Assembly (NCBI GenBank): GCA_963693365.1
Contig: CAVNZM010000010.1
Span: 496,001-560,000, forward strand
DNA: 64,000 nucleotides
Source: Amoebidium appalachense
Taxonomy: Eukaryota; Protista; Ichthyosporea
Direction of reading: 5' to 3'
The position numbers were made by a program, and so were the translations under genes. The notes beneath the pieces are model-generated. The model saw nothing but the letters and a program-made list of their open reading frames with translations, was not told the origin of the DNA and did not search any database. Positions 1 through 64,000 of this stretch are shown here, in pieces; position 1 is the first letter of the stretch, and every line of letters begins with the position of its first letter.

Positions 1-575
1 CAGAGCAGAAACATTTGTTACTAATACGGCGGGTTGATACTGGCTTTTCAAAGGGGACAAAAAAGGGCTACAGTATTGTAGGTGCAGCCCATGTTATTGT
101 CTTGTCTGCAAGTAACAGCAATCTTCAATATTGTCTTTGCTGTCGGAGTCTTTGTCGGACACGGGAGGCTCGGAAATTTGCTTCAGTTGTGTGCGCCCCG
201 ACGTGCAAGCACTGAGTTTTGGGGGATCCGCCACGAGATTGAATTGGAATTCCTATAATACGTATGTTATCACATGGGATGAGTCACTCTGCCACACCAA
301 AATAGCTCCAATATTTTTCCAGACCGACAACAGCTTCCTTCTAAATTAGGTTAGACGTGGTCCGTATACGACGGCTGAGGTCACAGTCGCGCTTGGCAGA
401 ACTTCACTGCATGATACACTCAAACAAATTAGGCCTCGGTTTTTGAGAAGAAAGGGCCGTGCGCAAGGCCATATATACGTAGTGGACAGTATACTAAGTT
501 GTGGCTGGCACACACCACCTCTGCAACAAGGCTTGCCACCGCGCGACGCGGCGTGTGTCCTTATACACGGTGACC

Positions 576-19762
<19,187 letters not shown>

Positions 19763-20882
19763 GTCGAAAGATATGAGGATGGCGACTGTATATATAACGG
19801 GACAATTTGAAATCTTTGAAGGCCAACATTACTTCCACCCAAGAAGATATGTATGTTAAAATCAACGTTACTCAGTGATATAACGTACCAGATCTACATC
19901 GAATGTGGATGATAAAACGCCCTTATTTTTTTTTCTTTTAATTTACATGTATACTGTGGTTGACAATTCTTTTTAAGTTACATGTATGCTGTGGTTGACA
20001 ATGTGTGATACATGCTGCAGGAGGCTTTTCGTGTGCACGTGTGCATCTATTGACTACAGTGAATAGGGTTCGGTAAGGTTAGAGGTTATGGGGATAAGCT
20101 TAATTATTGAGTTCATAGCTGATTTGTGTGTATATCGGCTCCGGGGGCTCATTATTGTTGGAATATACAACACCAATATCACTATTTTTATTACTAAGTA
20201 TATTCTACTAGTGCTAGCTCGTTATCTGCTTATTTAGCGAGTGTGATTATGCGCCCCGTAATCCGATCTTGTGGTGAGCAGTTACGTAATAGCTGGATGG
20301 CTCACTGCCGTTTGATTGGCTCGGAGCGCACCGCCTGCAGTCCCGTCTGGATGGGACTGGGGCTCGGTTAGCTGTGTGCTCTACCCGATGTATTTTCCCG
20401 AAAGCACAATTGGTTGTGCTCCCCCGCGGAGTATATAAACCCCGCCACAAATCCATAATAAACCGGGAGTTATATTTGATGACTGACTGTTACACAGACT
20501 CTCCAGCACCGTGTGAACACTTGTGTGATACTTAGGTGATAGTGCATGCAGCCCGGCGATAAAGTACACACTTAGTAGGTAGTATATTGCACCCATATAG
20601 AGACTGATCACCTCCGTGTGTGTGTGTGCAACGACTATACACTCTACTTGTGTTAAGTGCAGACTCTGCTACGTGTGGGAAGGCAGTTTTCTTTCAATTT
20701 TTATAATTTAAGATTGATGTCTTTAATTGGTTGATGCCAGTATATGTACGTTTCCTTGCCATACTTCGAATAGATTTCCCGATTGTTCTTTCCGGCAATC
20801 TTAAAAAAAAGAAACAATCTTAACCTCTCTTTACTAAGTACACGGATATTAAACATTTTCCACATTTGATATCACCACCCAG

Positions 20883-23983
<3,101 letters not shown>

Positions 23984-24471
23984 GTACGTATGGATACCAC
24001 CCTAGTAGATAAGTCTGTGTGGTGCTCTGATGTTGATATTGCCTGGGAAGTTTTGCAGTGGCGTTGTATTTCTTGTTTCCATCGCCGCTGGTGCCACTTT
24101 TGTGCTGAACTTTTTAATCGAAAGCATGTTGATAGGTGTGAGTTTTTATGTTGCGTTTTACCTCTTTCCCTACGGGTGTCTGCTACACTGGCTTGCAATG
24201 TGACCACTTTAAACTTTTTGTTGAATTCTGTTGGTCGTCACATTGAATATTTATATGATTTTCACACAGTGTTCAGGTATCTCAGTATGCCCTTAACTTG
24301 TTACTGGATAACTCGTGAAGTTTTTATTGTCTTCTCAGTATGCCGTGCATACTTGCATATCTTTCCGTCGAATAAATCCAGTCAGAAGAAGAAAAAAAAG
24401 AAATTTTTTTTTCCCCTTGTTTATTGTTTCTTTAAAAAAATTTCTTCAAGATCCCCCCCCCCCCCCCCCCC

Positions 24472-24523
<52 letters not shown>

Positions 24524-24756
24524 GGGTCAAACTTGTGAGCTTTAAGAGTGTTTGGAAAAGCCAATATTCTTTATTGATCATAAATCCGATGATGATGTTG
24601 ATTATTGTTGTCTGAGTAGCAAATTTTTTTACAAATGTGTATCTACAGATAGCGACCGCGAATAAGAATCCCAAAATGTGGCCGGGTGGTGGAGTCTTAA
24701 ATTTTTTGGAGGGTCGGGGTCAGAATCTTATTGGTGGTGGTGGTGGTGGTGGTGGT

Positions 24757-24790
<34 letters not shown>

Positions 24791-25065
24791 ACACCACAGT
24801 ACAGTACATATGTACCCAGGAATGAGCAGTCGGTACATGCATATATGACACTGACACAATGTCATGCATATGCATATGTATTAACACTTTGAGTTGGGAC
24901 GTACCATAAGGCAAACATGTCATTATTGTAATATAATGATGTTACATAAACATAGTGATACATAGTTCCACATTTACATGATACCCCCAGGCACCAAAGT
25001 ACTATTACTAAAGTTGAGTTTCTTTATGCGATGCGGCCAGAAAGTGTGTTTTTAATGTGTGCGTG

Positions 25066-25498
25066 TTACTGCTCATCACTTTTGCGGAGCATACACCAGA
25101 TGTTGAACCGACCAAACCCAGCATTTGCACCATCCGGCTCATAGTTATGGTCTAGAAGGGCCTCTTCGAGAGTCTCACCATTTTCATATTCAATCCTAAA
25201 ATTTCGGCCCCTCAATTTGGTAGCCCTATCCAAAGCCTGCCCCTTCATCCACCCCACCACACGGAACCTCCTTAACACAACGTCCCCATGCACATTGCTC
25301 CCCAAACGGGGGCACGACACAACAACCTCAAACCCTTTCGGCACACACCAGGGCAGTTCCTCCTCCTCATCACTGGCCTCCTCCTCCTCAGCATGGACTT
25401 TTGCCCCGGCAAAGGGTTGGGCAGCATACTAGGGTGATCTTCGTTCATGTCTGAGGTGTCCTGGCTGCCAGTGATTATTGCTGTTGCCTCTACACTTG
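25066..25498 (-). CDS. Terminal exon of an uncharacterised gene: acidic linker plus small beta-rich (Tudor/SH3-like?) domain
   Basis: AEEEEASDEEEELPWCVPKGFEVV...VLRRFRVVGWMKGQALD...NFRIEYENGETLEEALLDHNYEP...IWCMLRKSDEQ* reads as a globular protein. It either starts at the TAG acceptor at 25429 or needs a 1-nt indel in the C4 run near 25404. Upstream exons (25.9-28.1 kb) are unresolved. Confidence 0.5.
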
Positions 25499-26556
25499 CT
25501 TGTGAAGAAACGGTTAAAAGGGGAGGGTGGCGGGGAGAGGGGGGGGGGGGGGAGGGGGGGGGGGAGGGTATCATGCACCTGCGAAAAGTAAATCTATACC
25601 TGATGCAAAGGGAGGGGAACCTTCTCAAATTATGGGTTCATCTAAAGGAAATAATAAATTTTCAGGGCACCTGCTATAATAAACATCATTCTTAGATTCC
25701 TATGATGGAGCAAAATTATGCATCTTTATTTTATCCTACTAAGGGAATAATTAAGGCTATAGCCACGAAGTTTTTTATGCTGTATTCAATGTCGAAATGT
25801 TTAAAGAGTGTTTAGAAATTATGATTTGTAAAATCCCAAAATTGACGATTTTCCGGATTTTGACAATTTACCATTTTCTGTATTTAGGATTTTTATTTTC
25901 TCTATCCCTACCTCCCTAGAGTAAGAAGTAGAGAGGGGGCAGGACGAGTATGAAGATCGCCAAATTGAGACCTCCTTGTGAGGGGGTTAGCGTATGACGG
26001 AGAGAGGGTGCTGTGGTGGGGGGGCGGTGGGGGGTGTGGATCGTGCATGTAAATTTGCGTACCCTTTTAGCCACAGTGCCTGACTCTTGAAGAGTATATA
26101 CGTGTGCAATGAAACGCGTGTCTGCATGAGTAATGGCTGAACTGTTACAGCTGTGTTTATGTGCACACACGTTTTTTGACGATTATTCATGAGAGCCTCC
26201 ATTTCCTTATGTGCGGCACAATTGTTACAGTGTCTTTGTGTGTTAGTGGGAAGCCCTTGTGCATGCATGCACACACCCAAAAGGGATGATGTAATATTAG
26301 ATTTAGGCCCACAGTGTGCAGCAGTTGCATATCAGTGGACATGATATCATGACGACTGCTTTGCCTCCCCCCCCCCCTCCCCCCCTCCCCCCCCCCCCCC
26401 TCCCTCCCCCCCCCCCCCCCCCCCCCCCTCTCCCACATACACACACACACACGAGGCACACGGTCAAATTTGGGCTGCCAACAAAGAATGAATCTCTCTC
26501 GCCCTTAATGGCCATTACACTGTCACCCCGGGGTCAGGGTGTGTGTGTATGTGGGA

Positions 26557-26598
<42 letters not shown>

Positions 26599-26763
26599 GT
26601 CCCCCTTGCCAACCCAGTTTAAAGCAGCTATAGCAAAGAATGCCTCGCTTTTTCCCTAAACTGAGGTTACACTGTATACATGTAACCATTCGGGGGAAGG
26701 GTGTGTGTGTGTGTGTGTGTGTGGTGGTGGTGGTGGTGGGGGGTGTTGGGAAGGGGAGGGGGG

Positions 26764-26796
<33 letters not shown>

Positions 26797-27126
26797 TCCG
26801 TGGATGCAAGCGGACGATGGAATGGACTCAATGACAGAGACATGATGAATTTCGGTACCGGGTGTAAAAAGCAAGTTGTCAAGAAGTGGGCACAAACAGG
26901 CCGAATAAACCAGAAAACCAGAGATTTTTATTGATTAGGAATAGTTATGTGGCACCTAGTTATCGAAAACAATATCCCGTTGCATATTAAATGCGTGTAA
27001 TGTTAATGCATCAAGCAGGCAAGTGGATTTACGGGTGGACGGCGATGCCAATATGTCGTGTGTGAGTAAATAATCCCAGGAGAGAGCAGGTGGAGGTATT
27101 GGTGGTGGTGGTGATGGTGGTCACGG

Positions 27127-27165
<39 letters not shown>

Positions 27166-27432
27166 GGGGGGAGGGGGGGGGGGGGATTGAGGGAGAGATG
27201 GAGATGGAGGAAAAGTACCCCCCTCCCTCCCCCCCCCCCCCCCCACACCCTTTCCCCTCCCTCTTCCCCCCGCGCACCACACTAACAAAGAATGAATCAC
27301 TCTAGATCCCCCTTAAACCTATGTTTAACTTACACCGTATGCCATAGTCACCCCAGGGAAGGGTGTGTATGTGTGGGGGTTGTGTTCTTTTTTTCTTAAA
27401 GTTTCCTTCTTACTTTTTCTTTTTCTTTTTTC

Positions 27433-27463
<31 letters not shown>

Positions 27464-27725
27464 GGGGGGGGAAGAAGGGTGCAATCGATGAATGTGAGCG
27501 GATGATGCAATGGGCTCGATGGCAGAGACATGGTGAAACGGTACTCATACCAAACACATTGATGCAGGGAGGCGGGCACGAACAGACACCAAGAAACCAG
27601 GAAACAAGCCTCTACATGGAACTGAGGATGTAGTATGTAGCATATAATTTTCCGAAAAAAGGGTTTCTGGTGCATACGTACAGAAACTCCTGTGGGGTTA
27701 CCTTCCAGGGATGCGAGCTCCCGGG

Positions 27726-27766
<41 letters not shown>

Positions 27767-28819
27767 TGTTATCTTTTTAGCACAAAACAGCGACCCCCCA
27801 GCCTCGAAAACGTCAACCGCTTCTGCTGTATTAACAGCAATCATGATAATATGGGTCGGTCGCCCACCTGACTGGCCAAATCATTTGGTCACGTGGATAC
27901 TGAAAGCATGGGTGTGATTGTGGGTTCTAATCACTTTTCCATTCACTTGTAATGTCGGTGCTGGGGTGACTCGGTCTCACATCAGGCAGAAGAACGAGTT
28001 TACGAATTGACGGTGGTAGCCATCTGACGTTGTGGGTGAAATAGTTCTGAGGGGAAAGAGGGGAGGGAGGGGGAGGGGAAGGGAGGGAGGGGGGACTGGG
28101 GAGGAGGAGGGGGGGAGGGGAGGGGGTAGGGGAGAGGGGATTGGTGGAGGGATGAAGGGGCCTGAGGAGGGGGGGTGGGGGACGGAGGAGGGGAGGAGAA
28201 AGGGGTTGGGTTGGGGGGGAGGGGGGATGTGGGGAGGGAAAGATGGGGGAGGGGGGGGGGGAGGGGGAGAAAGGGAGGGGAATGGGGGAGGGCGATTTGG
28301 GGAGAGATGAAGAGAAGGGAAGGGCACAGAGTTCATCAAATACAGGGCCAACAGAAAGTAGAGGCTAGAGATTTGACTTGATATAATTTATGTCACGTTT
28401 ATTCATTCTCACATGCAATACAAGGTTGACTATATATGGCGGCTTATGTTTTTGCAGCATGGATCATACATAAGTGAATCAGGATAACAAACACAGGGAG
28501 AGGACCCCAGTATATGTAGAGACACATGTCCATTAACATTCATTTTTCGGCAAAGTGTGTTTCATAGACCAGTTTACACAGACATAACCATTCACATTCA
28601 ATAAATGTATCCAGCGGCCACCTGCACGGATATGGTCAACAACATTGGCAGAAAAACCCACGCTTTCTGAAAAGACAAGAATACTTTCTGAATTTCCGCG
28701 TATTTTGCAAAGACAAGAATATGCTCTCACACTCACGCACTTTCTCACCCACAAATCTTCCTAACTTTCTGCAAAGACAAGAATATTTTTAAAAAAGTGT
28801 ACACCTACAAAAACAACAA

Positions 28820-28873
28820 TGTGTTATGAAACTCGAACTTCCCTTTTGCAAGAAGTTCGAGTTTCATAACACA
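28820..28873. repeat. Perfect 22-bp stem, 10-nt loop hairpin
   Basis: TGTGTTATGAAACTCGAACTTC - CCTTTTGCAA - GAAGTTCGAGTTTCATAACACA. Confidence 0.9.
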
Positions 28874-29063
28874 AACATTCCAACATTTTGCAAAGACTAG
28901 GATGTGCCAACATTATGTAATACGTACAACTTACATAGCAAAACGATTCAACAAAGAACAACGGAAAGTAACTCAAAGGCTGTTTCGAAAGGAAAAGACG
29001 TTCAGGATATGATGACTGTCTTCGTAATAAATCGGGTCATGCATGACATTGAAGAGAGGCCAA

Positions 29064-47685
<18,622 letters not shown>

Positions 47686-47919
47686 CTTGATCGATCTAAC
47701 ATGTTATCAAAAACTCTGATGAACTAACAATGCTCCATAATGTAACAAAACAATAGCATCATATTCGAGCATAGTGCAAACGTGCTCGTGCAAGTAAGGA
47801 CATAGTGATGCTAAATGATTACGTGTGTACATACTTTCCCTCCGTAATCTATATGTATACTTTCTGAAACAGGCATTCCTGCGCTTTTAAACAGCCAATG
47901 GGAGCAGGGCATTACGTAC

Positions 47920-60628
<12,709 letters not shown>

Positions 60629-60900
60629 GTTGTCGTGTTCAGTTTACATGGCGGACAATCAAGAAGACAAGATTTCCTTGGCGATGTTTACAACCCCATT
60701 AGAAAAACCTGTTCATGATAAAGCAGTTTTATAGGAATGTGTGATTATACCAATCAACACCATGAGCTGGCGTATAGACGCTAAAACGAAGCTGATTTGG
60801 AAAAGCGAAGTTGTGTTTCGTTGGAGCGATTGAACAGGATCAGATATTACACCTGCCCTGCAGCCCAAAATGAAGGTCAGCTGAAAAAATAAAATAGACA

Positions 60901-61180
60901 TATAAGCAGCCCCACCACTATGCCACTATAAAATTTTCTATATGCCTTCGTTGTTCTTAGTATGTAGAAGACGCTACCTGAGGGACCCGGTACAAGTGAC
61001 CTAAAACTTTGCATGAAACATCTGGTCTCTTGTCAGCTCAGTCTATAAGCAGCCCCACCACTATGCCACTATAAAATTTTCTATATGCCTTCGTTGTTCT
61101 TAGTATGTAGAAGACGCTACCTGAGGGTACAAGTGACCTAAAACTTTGCATGAAACATCTGGTCTCTTGTCAGCTCAGTC
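60901..61180. repeat. ~140-bp tandem duplication upstream of the PHD/ANK-HECT gene
   Basis: 60901-61043 and 61044-61180 are identical except for a ~6-nt indel (GAGGGACCCGGTAC vs GAGGGTAC). Confidence 0.92.
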
Positions 61181-62487
61181 CCTGGGACCCTGGCTGACTG
61201 GTTCCAGACTCTGAGCCCGGCAGCAAGATCTATTTCATGTTATTGAGAAACGCTCTGATTGGCTAAAGTAGGACTTATCAGTGCGCCATCATATTTACAT
61301 TCAATCATAAGGCCTTACATATAGCTTTATTCGGTGCCACTGGCCCACTGCGCCCCGCGGCGCTTCGGTTGAAACCGCATTTACCGCGGCCTGCCACTTG
61401 CCAGGTTGGGTTATGATATGCGAATGCACACCTTCGAACAAGCGCAGAGATGCGAAGTTCCATGGATGCGTGTATAAATGTATGATGGGCTAATTTTGGT
61501 CATGATTGTACAGCTCTTGGGTGTGTCACTATATTGATGCGGCCCAATCGCGTTAGGCCTTATGTATGTACTGTATACGGTCAATGACTCAGTGAATGAC
61601 CGTGCGCAATGCACTCTGGCTTTCTCGTAAGACAAGAATCTCGAGATGGAGGACTCGGAGGGGAGGGGAGTGGGGAGGGGAAGGAGGAGGAGGGGCGGGG
61701 CGGGCAAGTGGGAGGGGGTGGAGGGGGGGGGGTGGAGGGGGGGTAGATATTGTAGCGGACACGAAGAGGAGGAGTACGTACCTACTGGTGTGTACGCGTG
61801 CATGGCATTGTGTACAACGCATATTACGGTGCCGTTAGTCGACTATGTGGGGGGGCAGGGGTGGAATGGGAAGGGGGAGGGGGAGGGAGGGAGAGCCGGG
61901 ACCCGTGAGTGCACTACGGTCGCAAACGCAAGAAAGAACAGACGGTAAAAAGACCACAGCTGTCGCAGTGAATGCAGTGTGACAGGCACTGGTATGTGGT
62001 AGACGGGAAGGAGAAGGCACAAAAAGAGGGGTGGGAGAGGGGCGGGGGGGTGGGGGGAGGGGGGGGGGGGGGGGGGGGGGGGATCCTCCGGCAGATATAC
62101 TATAGAATGGGAGCTTCAAGCTTCCACGTCCTTAAGCATTCAAATATTTCTAATTTATAACTTTCTTGTTACAACGTATGTTAGGCACTTGCACTACATC
62201 GTTTACATGGCCTATGCAATATGGTAGTGTTGGTCTCTCGCAGGTAAAGACAATTACTTCAACACAAAGAGCCAAAGAAAAATTCAAGAAAAAATCCAAC
62301 ACTTATATTTTAAAAAACTCCCCCACAATACGCTAGCTAGCTTGGAGAAAGAGGACAAAGGGGGGGGGGGGGGGGGGGGGGGGGGGTTATTGACAACGAC
62401 AACCAAGAGGTCGAAAGATGAAAAGGGTTAAGGAAACATAGACCTACGCCTATTGACCAGTAGTACGCATCAGTCGACCATGTCTAG

Positions 62488-63642
62488 TTAAAAGCCACCC
62501 CAACCCTCCGCTTTCATTTGCTGCAACCTCTGCTGCTTGGCTAGCACCTGGGTTTTCAGATCGTTTCTCACCCCCTCGAGGTGTGTGTGCGTGGCTCTCA
62601 GGTGCTTAATCTGCCTTGCTGCGACTTCCAGAACATACGCCTGCGAAACAGATGACCCCTTGGGTGTGAAATGCCCTTCAGGCAGCACAGCTATCAACTC
62701 TTTCAGCCCATCCTTCAACTCGGCGCGCCTTCGCTGTTCAATCTCCCTGTGTGCAAGAAGCTTGTTTCCCGTGCGCGAGAAAGGCGATGGGGACTCGACA
62801 GCAGGGGGCGTCTGTGTATAGAAACGTGAAATGTTGCCAAAAGATTTGTCCGCATTAGACCCGTCTTTCTCGCTATCCTCCCCGCTCTCGTCCCATTCGC
62901 TGGGTGATATTCCGCGCGACACCCCTCCATCCGTCCGCGGGCTTGATTGTTGACTTAAACCCCCCCTTCCACCCCTTCCTTTCCGAGAGCTTACACTCTT
63001 CGGGTGTATAAACCCTGCGCCACTACCGTTTGCGTTTTCCGTTTCCATACCGGAATCCCCACCGGGTGGAATGGCAATTTCAAGTGGAAACGCTGATTTT
63101 TCCCCATTGCCCGTGTACTGTGGGTCTGATAGTGTTGGGGTTACCTTGTCGACCCGAACAGACACGGCAGGCTCATCTCCCGTACTGGACTCTTCTCCCT
63201 TCCCCGTTTGTTCTTGTGACTCTTGCTTTTGCTTGCTGTCGCCAGAACGCAACTGTTTTACCATAGTTTCCAAACCAGTGTCATTCCCCGCTTGTGTAAA
63301 AGTTGCTTGGGATAGGGCCAAAAGGGCAGCCGCCGTTTCCTCCTCCGTTCTCAACTGTGCCTCCTCTGGATGATGTTGTAACCACTGCCCCTTTAACTCA
63401 AGCCCTTGATATGCCGGAATCCGTGCAAACGAATCATATGTTCTCACTAGCCTTTTGCTATTTGCAGCAGACTCAATGGGGTATTGCCTAATTGTGAACC
63501 CCTCGTATACAAAAAAGATGTCTGTGTTTTCATTCTCCGTTTCGTTTTTCTGTGTTTTTGCACGTTTACGCTCTCTTAGTCGTACCGTTGTGTCCGAGTC
63601 TTCGGCAATGGGGGGCCGCCCATCACCACTAAACGCAGCCAT
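62488..63642 (-). CDS. Intronless bHLH-leucine zipper transcription factor, Myc/Max/Mad network family (384 aa)
   Basis: C-terminal AHREIEQRRRAELKDGLKELIAVLP...VSQAYVLEVAARQIKHL followed by zipper LEGVRNDLKTQVLAKQQRLQQM. The H-E-R E-box contact residues are intact. The ORF is uninterrupted and free of repeats. Confidence 0.88.
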   Translation of the reverse strand: MAAFSGDGRPPIAEDSDTTVRLRERKRAKTQKNETENENTDIFFVYEGFTIRQYPIESAANSKRLVRTYDSFARIPAYQGLELKGQWLQHHPEEAQLRTEEETAAALLALSQATFTQAGNDTGLETMVKQLRSGDSKQKQESQEQTGKGEESSTGDEPAVSVRVDKVTPTLSDPQYTGNGEKSAFPLEIAIPPGGDSGMETENANGSGAGFIHPKSVSSRKGRGGRGGLSQQSSPRTDGGVSRGISPSEWDESGEDSEKDGSNADKSFGNISRFYTQTPPAVESPSPFSRTGNKLLAHREIEQRRRAELKDGLKELIAVLPEGHFTPKGSSVSQAYVLEVAARQIKHLRATHTHLEGVRNDLKTQVLAKQQRLQQMKAEGWGGF

Positions 63643-64000
63643 TCTAATTTCAAACGAGCACAGCAGAAAGGGTTACACTAAAAAGGCCGCATAAGGGGAG
63701 CTGTGGATTGCAGTGATTGAGTGGGAAGAGTGGAGTATAACCGTTATAAGCACACTATGTGTGTGAGGAATGTCCTGTTTGCGGTTAGCACATGTAACGT
63801 CAGATGCTAGAGGGTGCCCACAAGCCACTCAAGACCTGTAACAAAAACGTAAAACACCGCATAACTGAATTAAAAAAATGTGTACCGCTTATAACCATCA
63901 CTACCCCCCTTTCGTAAAACACACAAAATGTTTATAGAAACATCTCAAAAATCACAGAAAAACTAACTGTACAGAAAGCTGAGCTTGAAGCCCAAGGAAC

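Noticed and set aside
1-350. Possible exon of an upstream gene
   Set aside because: All frames tested close early and no motif was recognisable.
20060-20095. Telomere-like GGTTAG motifs
   Set aside because: Too short and degenerate to call an interstitial telomeric or Helitron repeat.
61411-62250. ORFs between the bHLH gene and the PHD gene
   Set aside because: No domain signal or consistent splice chain; probably UTR or intergenic.

Overview
Intron-rich eukaryotic DNA with no prokaryotic features. Most ORFs in the track are artefacts of (CA)n, (CT)n and poly-C/G tracts. Gene content (ankyrin-HECT ligase, Myc/Max-family bHLH-ZIP, cbEGF/VWD protein, TACTAAC-type branch points) suggests a unicellular holozoan such as an ichthyosporean; this is inference only. 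Splicing by hand gives five genes: (1) + strand 576-19762, a 17-exon, ~1265-aa secreted mosaic protein (signal peptide, 2x PAN/apple, PA14, Ig/Calx-beta-like, VWD, EGF/cbEGF, unknown C-terminal domain); (2) a tentative small F-box-like gene at ~20.5-24 kb (+); (3) a terminal exon of an orphan - strand gene at ~25.1-25.5 kb; (4) - strand 60628-29064, where an acidic/basic N-terminus and a PHD finger appear to splice in frame to a HACE1-like ankyrin-HECT E3 ligase; (5) an intronless bHLH-ZIP gene at 63642-62488. Non-coding highlights: sense-strand poly-C just after donors and (CA)n/A-rich acceptors, repeated degenerate 'echo' copies of exon edges inside introns, a TTAA-flanked fold-back MITE, an element with TAG...CTA ends and a 9-bp TSD, a perfect 22-bp hairpin, and several tandem repeats. 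All exon boundaries were read by eye and need RNA-seq confirmation.
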